A stretch of DNA of 64,000 nucleotides. It comes from Candidatus Melainabacteria bacterium 17Bon1m. Its GTDB lineage: Bacteria; Cyanobacteriota; Vampirovibrionia; Obscuribacterales; Obscuribacteraceae. Position numbers and translations under genes: made by a program. Under the pieces are notes generated by a model. That model was not told where the DNA came from. It saw nothing but the letters and a program-made list of their open reading frames with translations, and did no database searches. Of the stretch, positions 48,094-57,778 are shown one piece after another; within the stretch, counting starts at the first letter, position 1, and each line of letters starts with the position of its first letter. The stretch covers positions 888,974 to 952,973 of the forward strand of contig JAVLKG010000003.1 in assembly GCA_032128875.1 (NCBI GenBank), in the 5' to 3' direction.

Positions 48094-48564
48094 TTGGTTT
48101 TTCTTTGCCCGATTTGCAAAGTAGAAAACAGGCAAAATGCCAAATTTTGCCGCCGTTGCGGGCGTGCGCGGGTAGAGCTCGAGACCTCCAAGACTGCCGG
48201 TGGTGGGGATATTGGCACCCCGGTAGTAAAGGAAGTCGCGGTTCCTATTGCGGCGGTAGTTGCAACATTCGAAGAGGAAGAAATCTTCGAGCCTGCCGAC
48301 GAGACAGTGCCGCAATGCTCAGCTTGCTGGGCAAAATTGAGGCTGACCGACAAGTTTTGCTACGGGTGTGGAGAGCCTCAACCGGAGAGAAACCTAGCTC
48401 ATTTGAAAACTTGCAACCAGTGTCAGTCATTGTTGCCAGCCGGCGCCAATTTTTGTTTTTCTTGCGGGCAAGAAGTGAGTTCTTCTCAACGGCGGAATGT
48501 GCGCTCACCGGTCGAGCTGTTCGATGACGAAAATTCCGAGTTTTTTCCACGTTTTGAAGCCTAG
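48094..48564 (+). CDS. Multi zinc-ribbon (DZR) protein
   Basis: Three CxxC-x10-CxxCG units; GAGGA RBS. Confidence 0.85.
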   Translation: MVFLCPICKVENRQNAKFCRRCGRARVELETSKTAGGGDIGTPVVKEVAVPIAAVVATFEEEEIFEPADETVPQCSACWAKLRLTDKFCYGCGEPQPERNLAHLKTCNQCQSLLPAGANFCFSCGQEVSSSQRRNVRSPVELFDDENSEFFPRFEA

Positions 48565-48779
48565 ATTTATTTTGCCCCTGTCTTATGGTCTCGCTCGGAT
48601 TTGTTTTGAGTAAGGCAAAATCAAGTGCCCGCTTGCTTTTCCCTCTTTAGTGGAAAACACTTACACACTTTTGAGGAAGCGCTATTGTCAATTTACGCCG
48701 ACCAGAACACGACTTAGGATGCTTATTGAGGTGGTCAGGCGAGATGTCCCCTCTCTGGCGATTTGAGGTGACTATTTAA

Positions 48780-49145
48780 ATGGAGCTGTTTGCCCCTTTC
48801 TGTTCGAGGATTACACTTGTTCAGGCGCTTATATCGATTTATCTGCTCTGTGGAGTGTTTTACTTCGCGCAGTGGCTTTGCGCAGACTTTCTAATCTCCG
48901 CGAAAAACCGCAGCAATATGAAAGAACTAGGCGATCTGATTTTGATGTCGTCACTATTGTTTGTCATCACGTGCTGTCACTTTCCCTACGGAACTGAACT
49001 GAACCGCATGGTTGCACAGACATGTGCGCAGCAGTTTGAACTTATTTCACACGCTGCGCATTCGACTGTTGCTGCGGCGCAGCCTTATTTGAGACCGCAT
49101 TCCAAGCATTCCAGCACCCATGGGCGGCACGTCTTCAGGCTATAG
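48780..49145 (+). CDS. Hypothetical small membrane protein
   Basis: ATG start with GAGGTG upstream and two hydrophobic stretches; no recognised family. Confidence 0.4.
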   Translation: MELFAPFCSRITLVQALISIYLLCGVFYFAQWLCADFLISAKNRSNMKELGDLILMSSLLFVITCCHFPYGTELNRMVAQTCAQQFELISHAAHSTVAAAQPYLRPHSKHSSTHGRHVFRL

Positions 49146-49222
49146 CCGCTCATCCGCCCCGAAAGATGGTATCGCAGGCGGTGCACACCGGCGCTACTAA
49201 AGCGAGTTCAATTGGAAAAGTT

Positions 49223-49295
<73 letters not shown>

Positions 49296-49403
49296 GCATA
49301 GGTCGGTTCAGCCTCCGCATAGAACATCAAAAAAGTCCCCAGCGGAGGAGACAGGAACTCAATATATCACATGAGTAATTCCTAGACCCTCGTCAATAGG
49401 AAA

Positions 49404-50186
49404 TCAATACGGACTGTTAGATTGCATTGCGTAGGATTGGTTGTAAAGCCCCGATATTCGGCAGTTTTCGCCCTCTTTACGTACCAAAAGATCCATAACG
49501 ATTTGATGCGTAATGGGGCGAACAGAGGCTTGTTGCAGGACAAGTGTTCCTGTCATTTTTACAACTATACTGCCGTCTGGGTTGACTGCCTGTGCTTGGA
49601 CTGAGATTGGCTGGAATGCGCCCCTTAATTGCCCGGAGGCAATGCCATTGGCGATTTCAGGGCTCCAAAAGTTTGTTTCGAAGGCTTGCGCGGATTCTTG
49701 TGTCATCCATTTTGCTGCTTCTTTATGGCTCTGGGCGGCTGTGGCGGTGTTGTAATCCATCGCTCCACCCATCCAATATTTAACGAAATCCGTTGCCAGA
49801 GTCGGTGTGAGAGCGTTGGGATCTACGGGGGCGGCTGCCGCCGGTGTTGCCTGTGCACTGGGCGCCCCTTGAGCACCGGGAGTGCCTTCTTGGGCTGCCG
49901 TCTGGGCTCCAGGCTGACCATGTCCACCTCCACCCCATCCTCCGGATTCTCCGAGCTGCGGGGGAGCATTGGGATCGCTGCTGTTGTGACCGGGCGCCTT
50001 TTCATCATTGCCGACGTTCGGCACGACGAAGACAGCCAGAACGCCAAGAATGACAAGCCCCATGAGGATCTTGTCTTGCATAATCCGGGTAATTAGAGCG
50101 CGTACGATTTCCTGGATCATGGCAGGGGTTGGTCGCTCCTTGCTGAGCTCACGAAGGCGTTCTCTCGTTGGAAGTTGTAATGCCAT
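49404..50186 (-). CDS. Bitopic membrane protein with VirB8/DotI/Mam-like (NTF2-like) C-terminal domain
   Basis: Short cytoplasmic head, one TM, G/P/Q/A linker, then helices (ATDFVKYW..MDY..AAKWMT..AFE) followed by beta strands. Confidence 0.55.
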   Translation of the reverse strand: MALQLPTRERLRELSKERPTPAMIQEIVRALITRIMQDKILMGLVILGVLAVFVVPNVGNDEKAPGHNSSDPNAPPQLGESGGWGGGGHGQPGAQTAAQEGTPGAQGAPSAQATPAAAAPVDPNALTPTLATDFVKYWMGGAMDYNTATAAQSHKEAAKWMTQESAQAFETNFWSPEIANGIASGQLRGAFQPISVQAQAVNPDGSIVVKMTGTLVLQQASVRPITHQIVMDLLVRKEGENCRISGLYNQSYAMQSNSPY

Positions 50187-50387
50187 ACATTGATTGTGCT
50201 TATATTTGGCGGAAAATCAACTGTGGGGTGGGGGTATTCCCATGAATTTACCTCTCTTTCGCCCATCGTGAGCGGAAATAGGGGAAGTAAACTGCCACTT
50301 CCTAAGCCTTTACACTGCCAGCCTGTCGAATTTGCTGACCAGCCTGTAATACAATGTTGGCGACGAGCGCAAGTGAACCTGTGGGGA

Positions 50388-50732
50388 ATGATGCCTGACG
50401 ACGAAAGCGATAAGAATTCCGAGTCAATGGAGCAGCAGACTATTCCCTTTGATGCTCCGGCACAAAAGACATTGCCGGTTGTAACGAGCGGTGGGCGGAA
50501 GTATGTGGCGTACACAGTTAAGTTGCCGTCCGAGCAGCTGGCTGCGCTTCAGTCAATCTGGCTGGAGCTGAAACGCCTCTATGGACCGCACTCTCCTGAC
50601 AAAAGCGGCATGATTCAGCAGGCGATTACTGATTGGCTGAAGAAATGGGACGGGCCTGATCGCCAGAAGCTTTTGCAAGATCTGCTGGAAATCCGCGAAG
50701 ACACGAGAAAGCGACAGTATAAGAAGGACTGA
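50388..50732 (+). CDS. Small ribbon-helix-helix-like (ParG/CopG-type) protein
   Basis: YVAYTVKLPSEQLAALQSI...DKSGMIQQAITDWL strand-helix-helix pattern. Confidence 0.55.
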   Translation: MMPDDESDKNSESMEQQTIPFDAPAQKTLPVVTSGGRKYVAYTVKLPSEQLAALQSIWLELKRLYGPHSPDKSGMIQQAITDWLKKWDGPDRQKLLQDLLEIREDTRKRQYKKD

Positions 50733-50763
50733 CACCAAATACGGTGCGTAAGTATTGCTAATG

Positions 50764-50786
50764 CAGGGAGGCCATGCGTCGACCCC
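50764..50786. repeat. REP-like palindrome remnant
   Basis: CAGGGAGGCCATGCGTCGACCCC; 12-mer GCCATGCGTCGA shared with 54726-54737. Confidence 0.45.
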
Positions 50787-50975
50787 TTTTGTCTGCGGAT
50801 GTTGGATGCCGGTTGGCTCCAGGACCTGCCGGAAACTCCTCACCAGAACCCATAAATATGTGCAGGGTTTCAGCTTGGCTGAAGCCAGGTTAGAAAACGC
50901 TGATTTAGTTGGTTTTTGAGCGGCTTCTTAATTACAAGAACGAATGTTGAAAGCATATGCAACTATTATGAAACC

Positions 50976-51728
50976 ATGCATTTCCCAGTCTTCGTTCCCC
51001 CGCTGCTCGCTGCGACCATGTGTTTGGTCTGCGCTCTGGCAGGTGGAAACTATCCGCAGTTGTTCTTTCAGGAGTGGCAGCCGGCCACGCTCTACAACGC
51101 CGTCCAGTTGTTTCTCTGCTCTCTTGTCGCCGTAGCGATTGCAAATACCGTAGCCGCACGCAAGGTTCCGTCACTAGCGGCGACCGTCCTCTGGTCAATT
51201 GTCGGAGGGTTTTGCGCTTATATAGGTTTTGACGAGCTCTTTCAGTTTCACGAAAGTACCGCACCGCTTGCTCAAGCATTGCGCGACTTTCTGGGGCAGC
51301 CAGGCAATCGCCCGGTCATTGCCGGATTTGAACTGCCCTCGTACAGCTTCTTAATTGAAGGCAGCTATGCGGTGATTGCAGCTGGAGTTGCAATTGCTTT
51401 TCGCCAAAACCTGCTTCTGCAGCCGACGGCACGTTGCCTGATAGCACTGTCAGTGCTGTTCTTGTGTGGTTCTCAAATCGTAGACGTTGTGCTTTTGCAA
51501 GGTCCATCTACCTATTTGACTGCTCTGCCTGGAGACCTTGTTGTCTCTGATGGTTTGCTGTCCGCGCTTTCTCAGTCGCTCAAGGTTGCCGGATTTGCAA
51601 CTGTTCTTGCCGCTTTGCTGGAAACGCTTCTTGCTAAAAAACAGATTTTGTCTGTAGAGCGCATGTTGTCAGAGTTTAATACTGAAGAGCCGGTGCGCGT
51701 CATTCCATCAGCGAAGTCGCTGGTTTAG
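50976..51728 (+). CDS. Hypothetical polytopic membrane protein
   Basis: About six TM helices with DELFQFHE (DExxxxHE) motif. Confidence 0.75.
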   Translation: MHFPVFVPPLLAATMCLVCALAGGNYPQLFFQEWQPATLYNAVQLFLCSLVAVAIANTVAARKVPSLAATVLWSIVGGFCAYIGFDELFQFHESTAPLAQALRDFLGQPGNRPVIAGFELPSYSFLIEGSYAVIAAGVAIAFRQNLLLQPTARCLIALSVLFLCGSQIVDVVLLQGPSTYLTALPGDLVVSDGLLSALSQSLKVAGFATVLAALLETLLAKKQILSVERMLSEFNTEEPVRVIPSAKSLV

Positions 51729-51859
51729 TTGAAGTACGCATCCCAGGACGCATAAGCCTACGTTCTGACCACAAAAGAAAAGGGAGGCATTGAGCCCCCC
51801 TCGAAGTTTCTTGTTGTCTAGAGCTTTGAACCGCTGAGGGCTCTTCTTTCGGCGTTTTG

Positions 51860-52471
51860 CTAGTCGTGCTTCAGGTGATGCTTCAAATAAATGCCGAACA
51901 AAACCAAGCCGACGACAACAATTGCAACGTCGAATTTGTGCCAGAGGTCGACGAATACTTCCATGTTTTTGCCGAACTCGATGCCTACCCAGGTCAGGAA
52001 GTAGCACCAGATCAGAGATCCAATGAATGTCGAGCCGACGAACATCCAGAAGTGTGCCTTGAGCACGCCGGCTGGAAACGAGATGAAGGTTCGCACTACA
52101 GGCAGCATTCGGCAAACGAAGAAAGTGATGTCGCCGTATTTGTTGACCCACTTATCAGCTAATTCCATGTCCTTTTCTCTCAGCAGGAAATACTTGCCGT
52201 ATTTCTGAAGAAAGGGACGTCCGCCATAAAGACCAAGAAAGTAGGACGGAATTGAGCCAAGAACGCAGCCCACTGCGCCAGCAAGAGCGGCCAGGTGAAT
52301 GTCCATCTTGCCTTCGTTAACGAGAATTCCGGCGGTGGGCATGATTGCTTCACTGGGAAGTGGAATGTTAGCGGATTCGATTGCCATCATGACGACGACG
52401 CCGAGGTAGCTCCAGTTTGCTACTTGATCTCTTATCATCTGCAAGATTGGGTCGATTATTTGGTGAAGCAC
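51860..52471 (-). CDS. DedA-family membrane protein
   Basis: AIESANIPLPSEAIMP, GSIPSY.LG..GGR, CRMLPVVRTFISFPAG. Confidence 0.94.
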   Translation of the reverse strand: MLHQIIDPILQMIRDQVANWSYLGVVVMMAIESANIPLPSEAIMPTAGILVNEGKMDIHLAALAGAVGCVLGSIPSYFLGLYGGRPFLQKYGKYFLLREKDMELADKWVNKYGDITFFVCRMLPVVRTFISFPAGVLKAHFWMFVGSTFIGSLIWCYFLTWVGIEFGKNMEVFVDLWHKFDVAIVVVGLVLFGIYLKHHLKHD

Positions 52472-52711
52472 AGGACGTCCTCGGAAGCTGATAAATATAA
52501 CCAGGCGATTTTACTCGGAGGGCTCCTGGCAAACATTCCAGCCGCCTAATGCTGATGCTTTCTGCATCCTTGCTTGCCTGGCAAAAGCATCTGAAGCCTG
52601 TCTCTTTGCTGTTTGTTGTCGTTTGATTTGCTATACGTCGCACATAAATAGTTTAGAATTCTCTTACCGACGAAATAGAGTTAGATTTTCGCTGGACTTT
52701 AGTTGGGTCTG

Positions 52712-54718
52712 ATGTCAACGCCTGATCTGAAGAGTAAAACGAACACCTTGTTTTTCACCGTGTCGACTGCCGGACACGTGGACCATGGCAAGACGAGTCT
52801 TTTGCGCGGGCTGACAGGTACAGATCCTGATCGCCTGAAAGAAGAAAAGGCTAGGCAGATGACGACTGACCTGGGCTTTGCTCATTTGCGATTGCCGGCT
52901 GCAACAGTTCGCAAGAGCAGACCGAAGGTTGATACCGACATTGTCGTTAGCTTTGTAGATGTGCCGGGGCACGGCAAGTTTTTGAAGAACATGCTGGCTG
53001 GGGTCGGCGGCTTGGATATGGCACTGCTGGTGGTGGCGGCCGACGAAGGTCCTATGCCACAGACTGAGCAGCATGCGAAGATTCTCAGCGCGCTTGGAAT
53101 TTCCAGAGTCTTGCTTGTTATCACGAAATGCGACATGGCTAGTTCATCGCAATTGAGCGATGCGATTTTGCGTTCGAAAGAACTTTTGCAACGCGTAGAT
53201 CTAACTCTTGTCGATGTGGCTGAGGTTTCGAACGTCACCAAAGACGGCTTTCCAGAGATGACAGAAAAGCTCGTAAACGCGCTTGTAGACGCCGGAGAGC
53301 GAGAAAGTGCACGGCTTAACGCGCCGCCATTTTTGCCAATCGATCGTGTTTTTTCCATTCAAGGATATGGCGTTGTTGTGACTGGAACGCTTGTTAAAGG
53401 TTCGATCGCAGCAGGAGATAATTTGCTGATTGAGCCCGGTAACATCAAGGCCAGAGTACGCGGCTTGGAAACTTTCAACACGTCAGTCGCCAATGCCACC
53501 GCCGGACAACGTCTGGCTATCAACTTCTCGCTTAAGGAAGGCAAAGCACTTTCTCGCGGACAGGTGGTCGTTGGTGAACAATGCGCGCCCACTAGTATTT
53601 TGATTGTCGAACTAGGTCAACCCGGTGTGAAACTGGAAGACAATTTTCAGCAGCACGTGCTTGGACAGCCGGCCAGAATTTATCACGGAACTGCTGAATG
53701 CCAGGGTGCCGTGCGATGGATGGAAGACCTGCCTGTACAGCCGAACGGCAAGAAATCTTTTATTGCCCAGATTACTCTTTTTGATCCTTTGATTGCCGAA
53801 CCTGGGGATCGATTTGTTTTGCGTTATGGCGATGATGGTTTAGCTGGTGGCAGCATTTTGGTTACCTCTCGCCCACGCTGGATTACTCGTGAACGTTTGG
53901 TTGCACTTGCAAAACTATTAGCAGGTGGCTTAAGAAACGAAGCTGCCCTCGAATTCCTAAAAGCTAATCCCCAAGGGCTTTTGCCTGATTCTGCGTTTGG
54001 CTGTTTGCTGCCACCGCTGGTCTTGCCCGTTGTTATTTCTGATTTGATTGCGTCGGAAAAACTTACGCGACTTGCGAATTTTGTTTTGTCTCCTCACACT
54101 CGTCAAACTCTATTTGCTCGTTTGGTTGCTGAGGTAGAAAATGCAGCAAAGACATCTGCTTCTGACGCATCTGTGGATGTGAAAAACTCGCAAGAGGCGC
54201 TGCGTAACAAGGTTCTGGCTGGTCTTGATAGAACTGCATTTCAAGAACTTGTAAAGGAAGCAATTGAGAAAAAACTTGTCATTCGACAGTCGGAAAAATT
54301 ACTGCCGGCGAAAGCAGAGCTTTTACAGGCACCTGATGATGTTCTTGAACTTGCTGAGAAAACGATTGCGATTCTCAAGCAGCATGTTTGCTTAGAACTT
54401 GATGAACTGGCGAAGCAGACTGGAAGCGACAAACGGAAGGTGCAGGTAGCAATGCAGTACCTCTCTAAAATGGGACAAGCAAGCATTGTTGCCCACGACT
54501 TTGCAAGCAGCACAGAAAGTCTCGATGCTGCCCACAAGCAATTGTCGAGGATTTTCCGTGCGAAAAAGGACATTGCGCCCGGCGATTTCCGTGAATCTGT
54601 TGGAACTTCACGCAAGTATGCAATGGCACTATTAGCCTATTTCGATGATCGCGCCATCACTCGCAGAGTTCAAAACGGGCGCGTTTTACTCAAGTACCCC
54701 AAAGACGAAATCACATAG
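52712..54718 (+). CDS. selB: Selenocysteine-specific translation elongation factor
   Basis: TAGHVDHGKT, DRLKEEKAR..TTDLGF, DVPGH, ITKCD, PIDRVFS, C-terminal winged helix GTSRKYAMALLAYFD...TRR. Confidence 0.93.
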   Translation: MSTPDLKSKTNTLFFTVSTAGHVDHGKTSLLRGLTGTDPDRLKEEKARQMTTDLGFAHLRLPAATVRKSRPKVDTDIVVSFVDVPGHGKFLKNMLAGVGGLDMALLVVAADEGPMPQTEQHAKILSALGISRVLLVITKCDMASSSQLSDAILRSKELLQRVDLTLVDVAEVSNVTKDGFPEMTEKLVNALVDAGERESARLNAPPFLPIDRVFSIQGYGVVVTGTLVKGSIAAGDNLLIEPGNIKARVRGLETFNTSVANATAGQRLAINFSLKEGKALSRGQVVVGEQCAPTSILIVELGQPGVKLEDNFQQHVLGQPARIYHGTAECQGAVRWMEDLPVQPNGKKSFIAQITLFDPLIAEPGDRFVLRYGDDGLAGGSILVTSRPRWITRERLVALAKLLAGGLRNEAALEFLKANPQGLLPDSAFGCLLPPLVLPVVISDLIASEKLTRLANFVLSPHTRQTLFARLVAEVENAAKTSASDASVDVKNSQEALRNKVLAGLDRTAFQELVKEAIEKKLVIRQSEKLLPAKAELLQAPDDVLELAEKTIAILKQHVCLELDELAKQTGSDKRKVQVAMQYLSKMGQASIVAHDFASSTESLDAAHKQLSRIFRAKKDIAPGDFRESVGTSRKYAMALLAYFDDRAITRRVQNGRVLLKYPKDEIT

Positions 54719-54745
54719 GGTCGACGCCATGCGTCGAACCGTTTT
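54716..54745. repeat. REP-like palindrome / terminator between convergent genes
   Basis: TAGGGTCGACGC-CAT-GCGTCGAACC-GTTTT. Confidence 0.6.
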
Positions 54746-55192
54746 TCACTTGATCACTGATTCCAAAACGGCGCGATCTACCCAACCACGAACGACGAGA
54801 ATTTCGCCCAGGCGCTCGCCTGAATGCCTCTGTTCGAGCAATGCGAGCCACAACTGATTAATCGTTATATAACCCAGGGCAAGCAACTTGTCGCCGAGTT
54901 TACTGCGCAGAGTTGGCAAACATTCTTTCAATTGTTCGTAAGTTAACCAGCCTTTTAACAGGCAGACTTCTCCCAGGAGAAGACCAGTTTCCCTTTGTAG
55001 CTTTAACGCTTCTTCTAGTTGATCATCCTTCAGAAAACCGCCCTCGATCAGCCTTTGACCGATCAGACTGGCGTTCCACTTCGCGTTTCCTTTCGAACTG
55101 GGCTTTGAACGTTCCTTAGAGTTTTCCTTGGAAGTTTCTTTCGAGCTGTCCTTCGCGCTGTCTTTCGATTTTTCTTTAGCAGTCATTTTCAA
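54746..55192 (-). CDS. Stand-alone MshEN-type (T2SSE_N-like) c-di-GMP-binding protein
   Basis: Four RLGxxLxxxG-like motifs: LIGQRLIEGGFL, LLGEVCLLKGWL, KLGDKLLALGYI, RLGEILVVRGWV. Confidence 0.75.
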   Translation of the reverse strand: MKMTAKEKSKDSAKDSSKETSKENSKERSKPSSKGNAKWNASLIGQRLIEGGFLKDDQLEEALKLQRETGLLLGEVCLLKGWLTYEQLKECLPTLRSKLGDKLLALGYITINQLWLALLEQRHSGERLGEILVVRGWVDRAVLESVIK

Positions 55193-57703
55193 CTAGTCGT
55201 CTAAGGACAGGACGATGTGGTCTCCGGATACTCCCAGGCGGTTGCCGTCTTTATCGACCGCCCATGCACGAAGTTCATATATACCCAGTGCACTGAAATC
55301 CTTTCTTTCGAGGGTAATACTGCCAGTGGTGCCGGCGCTTTTAATTTCTCTCAGTGTAACCAGACACTTCTCTTGGTCGTTCTGGCTTGCGAAAAGCAGG
55401 TTGGCTCTAGTTAGTTCGAAGACAACTCCGGCTGCACCAGGAATGCCGCTGGCGTCGTAATTTACGGTGTCTTTTGGTTTATTACTTCCAAGGTGCAAAT
55501 AGCCTTTCGTGCCCATGAAGCCGGATTTTTCAAATGCGATCGAAGGCATCACCGATTTGGTTGGGACTGTCTCGATGGATATAATCTTCACTTCCCCGTG
55601 CAGCGGTAGGTACAGCTCAAACTCGCTAGACGTTCCACCTAATGCCCATTCCGGCGCACTGCGCAATGAGAACAGAAGCTTTTGAGGCTCGTTTGATTGT
55701 ATGAGATTCGCGTGAGCCCGATGGAAGAGATTGAACTCTCTATTGATATCGTTTTTGTACAGCAGATCCAAACCTTTGTTATCCGCTGGGACGGACGGCG
55801 CGATTACAGTAACTGCAATAAAATCGGTCGTGAAGCAAGGCAAGGTCAGCCCGATCTTGAGCGCAGGGCGCCTACCTTTGGGTGCGTCAGTCGTGACGGA
55901 GAAGGCACCTTTGTCGTCAAAGGATGAGGTCTTTATTCCATAGTTGTCGGCTACTTTTACCAGCTGTTTCAGGTCATCGCCTTGGAATTTCACCGGCGCC
56001 TGGTCGGTTTCTACAAGCTGTTTCTCAATTCCCGTGGACGATTCACCAGATTCTTTAGGGATAGATATGGCGACGAATTTCTTGTTTTCGAGATCCCATC
56101 GATAGATCTTGACCTTATCACCGGCATTTCGCAGTGAATTCTTTATATAGCCAAAGGGCATGATTGGCTCGAAGCGGTCGACCAGAATGTTGTGTTCGAC
56201 ATCGCGGTGGAGCTGCGGTGCCTTAGTCATGCCGTAGAGAGCGTTGCGGCAAACATAGGAGCCATGTATTTGATCCGGAAGTCCCAGGAAGAGAACCTGC
56301 GGGTCGCCTTGGATTTCAGTTTTATACAGCGCGTCGAGCTGACTTCTAATCGCGTTCGATTGCTCCCCGGCCGCAATCCAGGCTTGATTGTTCGTCCAGA
56401 GCATTGCCGCAGCAGCAGTGACAAACAGTGCTCCCCAAACAATTCTCAGCCTGTTCGCCGCGCGCAGCCACGTTATCGGATTGCCCACCATGCGCACGGT
56501 CGTGAAGCCGAATGCCATGAGCAAACTTAGTGGAACAGTCGCAAGATAGGCGAGTCGGCTGCCTTGCAAGTCGTCAGAGATGGCAAAGATTTTGTAGACG
56601 GGTATCAGGGCCAAGGCGAGCCAGACCGTGGTGAAAATAAACGTTGGGAGCATTCGCCTTAGAGTTGCGAAGTTCGCCAATGCGGAAATGGCGATAAAAC
56701 CGAGAGAGACTTGCCAGAAAATGAGAAGAGCGTTTTTTGTGTCAAAGAAGTCTTTGTTGGCAGGAATAAGCAGCATCTTCAGGGCATGGAGCCATCCATA
56801 GACGAACTCTTTCATGTTGGAGATAAAGAAAAGCGAGTCGTCGTATCCGCCGACAAAAGTTCCGAGCGCAATCAAACGAACCACAAAATAAAGTGCGATA
56901 ACCACAGCGAAAGGAATGATCGCTTTGATGGCATTGATTGCTCCGGGAACCAAATTCTTGAGGTTGCCGCCTTTCTCCGACCAGAGAAGAACCTCATAAG
57001 CAGCCATTGTTGCAGGTAAGGTAATTGCCATTTCCTTGGAGAGCAGCCCAAGGATAAACGAAACAATCGAGCCGCCACACCAGAGAATGGACTTGCCGTC
57101 GCGCCACTGCATGTAACACCAAAACGACAGAACAATGAAGGTGGTGACGACACTATCTACTCGACCTGTGATCCACGAAACCGCCTCAGGATGCAGCGGA
57201 TACAGCCCGAATATAATTGAGGAGAAGAATGCAAAGGAAATTGCACTTCCTCTTATCGCTCGCGTCTGGCTATTCGAATCAGCGCTGAATATTCTTCCTA
57301 GTCGCAAAGAGACAAAGAAAAGAACAACCGTTGATGTGAGGTGGAAAAGTAGATTGGTAACGTGATAACCAAGCCCGTTCAGCCCATACGCCATGTAATC
57401 TGTGACCATAAAGATCGAGATCAATGGGCGGTAGAATTTGGTTGTTGTTCCGTCTAACCAGGACGAATAGAAGTTTTTCCAAATCAGCGTGGGATAGCCC
57501 ATGGCTTGCTTGAGCCATGTGAGGTGCACGAAGTCGTCGCCGCAGAAGAAATTGAACAAGACCGGCAAATAGCATAAGAACGTCGCCAGTGCGATGATAA
57601 AAACCAGAATTGGGACGGCGTTCTTCTGCACCAATGTCGGGCTGGCCGGGTGACCTGGCTGCTGTGCTTCGCTATCGTTTCTAGTTTGATCTAGCACATT
57701 CAC
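55193..57703 (-). CDS. GT-C superfamily membrane glycosyltransferase (TMTC/ArnT/PMT-like) with large periplasmic C-terminus
   Basis: GDDF, FYRPL, YHVTNLLFH, LHPEAVSWITGR, LLSKE, RLAY. Confidence 0.8.
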   Translation of the reverse strand: MNVLDQTRNDSEAQQPGHPASPTLVQKNAVPILVFIIALATFLCYLPVLFNFFCGDDFVHLTWLKQAMGYPTLIWKNFYSSWLDGTTTKFYRPLISIFMVTDYMAYGLNGLGYHVTNLLFHLTSTVVLFFVSLRLGRIFSADSNSQTRAIRGSAISFAFFSSIIFGLYPLHPEAVSWITGRVDSVVTTFIVLSFWCYMQWRDGKSILWCGGSIVSFILGLLSKEMAITLPATMAAYEVLLWSEKGGNLKNLVPGAINAIKAIIPFAVVIALYFVVRLIALGTFVGGYDDSLFFISNMKEFVYGWLHALKMLLIPANKDFFDTKNALLIFWQVSLGFIAISALANFATLRRMLPTFIFTTVWLALALIPVYKIFAISDDLQGSRLAYLATVPLSLLMAFGFTTVRMVGNPITWLRAANRLRIVWGALFVTAAAAMLWTNNQAWIAAGEQSNAIRSQLDALYKTEIQGDPQVLFLGLPDQIHGSYVCRNALYGMTKAPQLHRDVEHNILVDRFEPIMPFGYIKNSLRNAGDKVKIYRWDLENKKFVAISIPKESGESSTGIEKQLVETDQAPVKFQGDDLKQLVKVADNYGIKTSSFDDKGAFSVTTDAPKGRRPALKIGLTLPCFTTDFIAVTVIAPSVPADNKGLDLLYKNDINREFNLFHRAHANLIQSNEPQKLLFSLRSAPEWALGGTSSEFELYLPLHGEVKIISIETVPTKSVMPSIAFEKSGFMGTKGYLHLGSNKPKDTVNYDASGIPGAAGVVFELTRANLLFASQNDQEKCLVTLREIKSAGTTGSITLERKDFSALGIYELRAWAVDKDGNRLGVSGDHIVLSLDD

Positions 57704-57778
57704 GGTTTCAAATTAGCGCTTTGCTGTACTGTTCGATGCCGCGCCGTTGCGTCTCGTAGTGATTCTGTAAGTTTGGCT

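Noticed and set aside
50730-50855. Selenocysteine read-through of the RHH gene's TGA
   Set aside because: The 40-codon extension has no recognisable redox motif and overlaps a REP-like remnant; no convincing SECIS
50733-50900. 6S RNA or other housekeeping ncRNA
   Set aside because: Ends are direct (TGCAGGG) rather than inverted repeats; I could not fold a closing stem with central bubble
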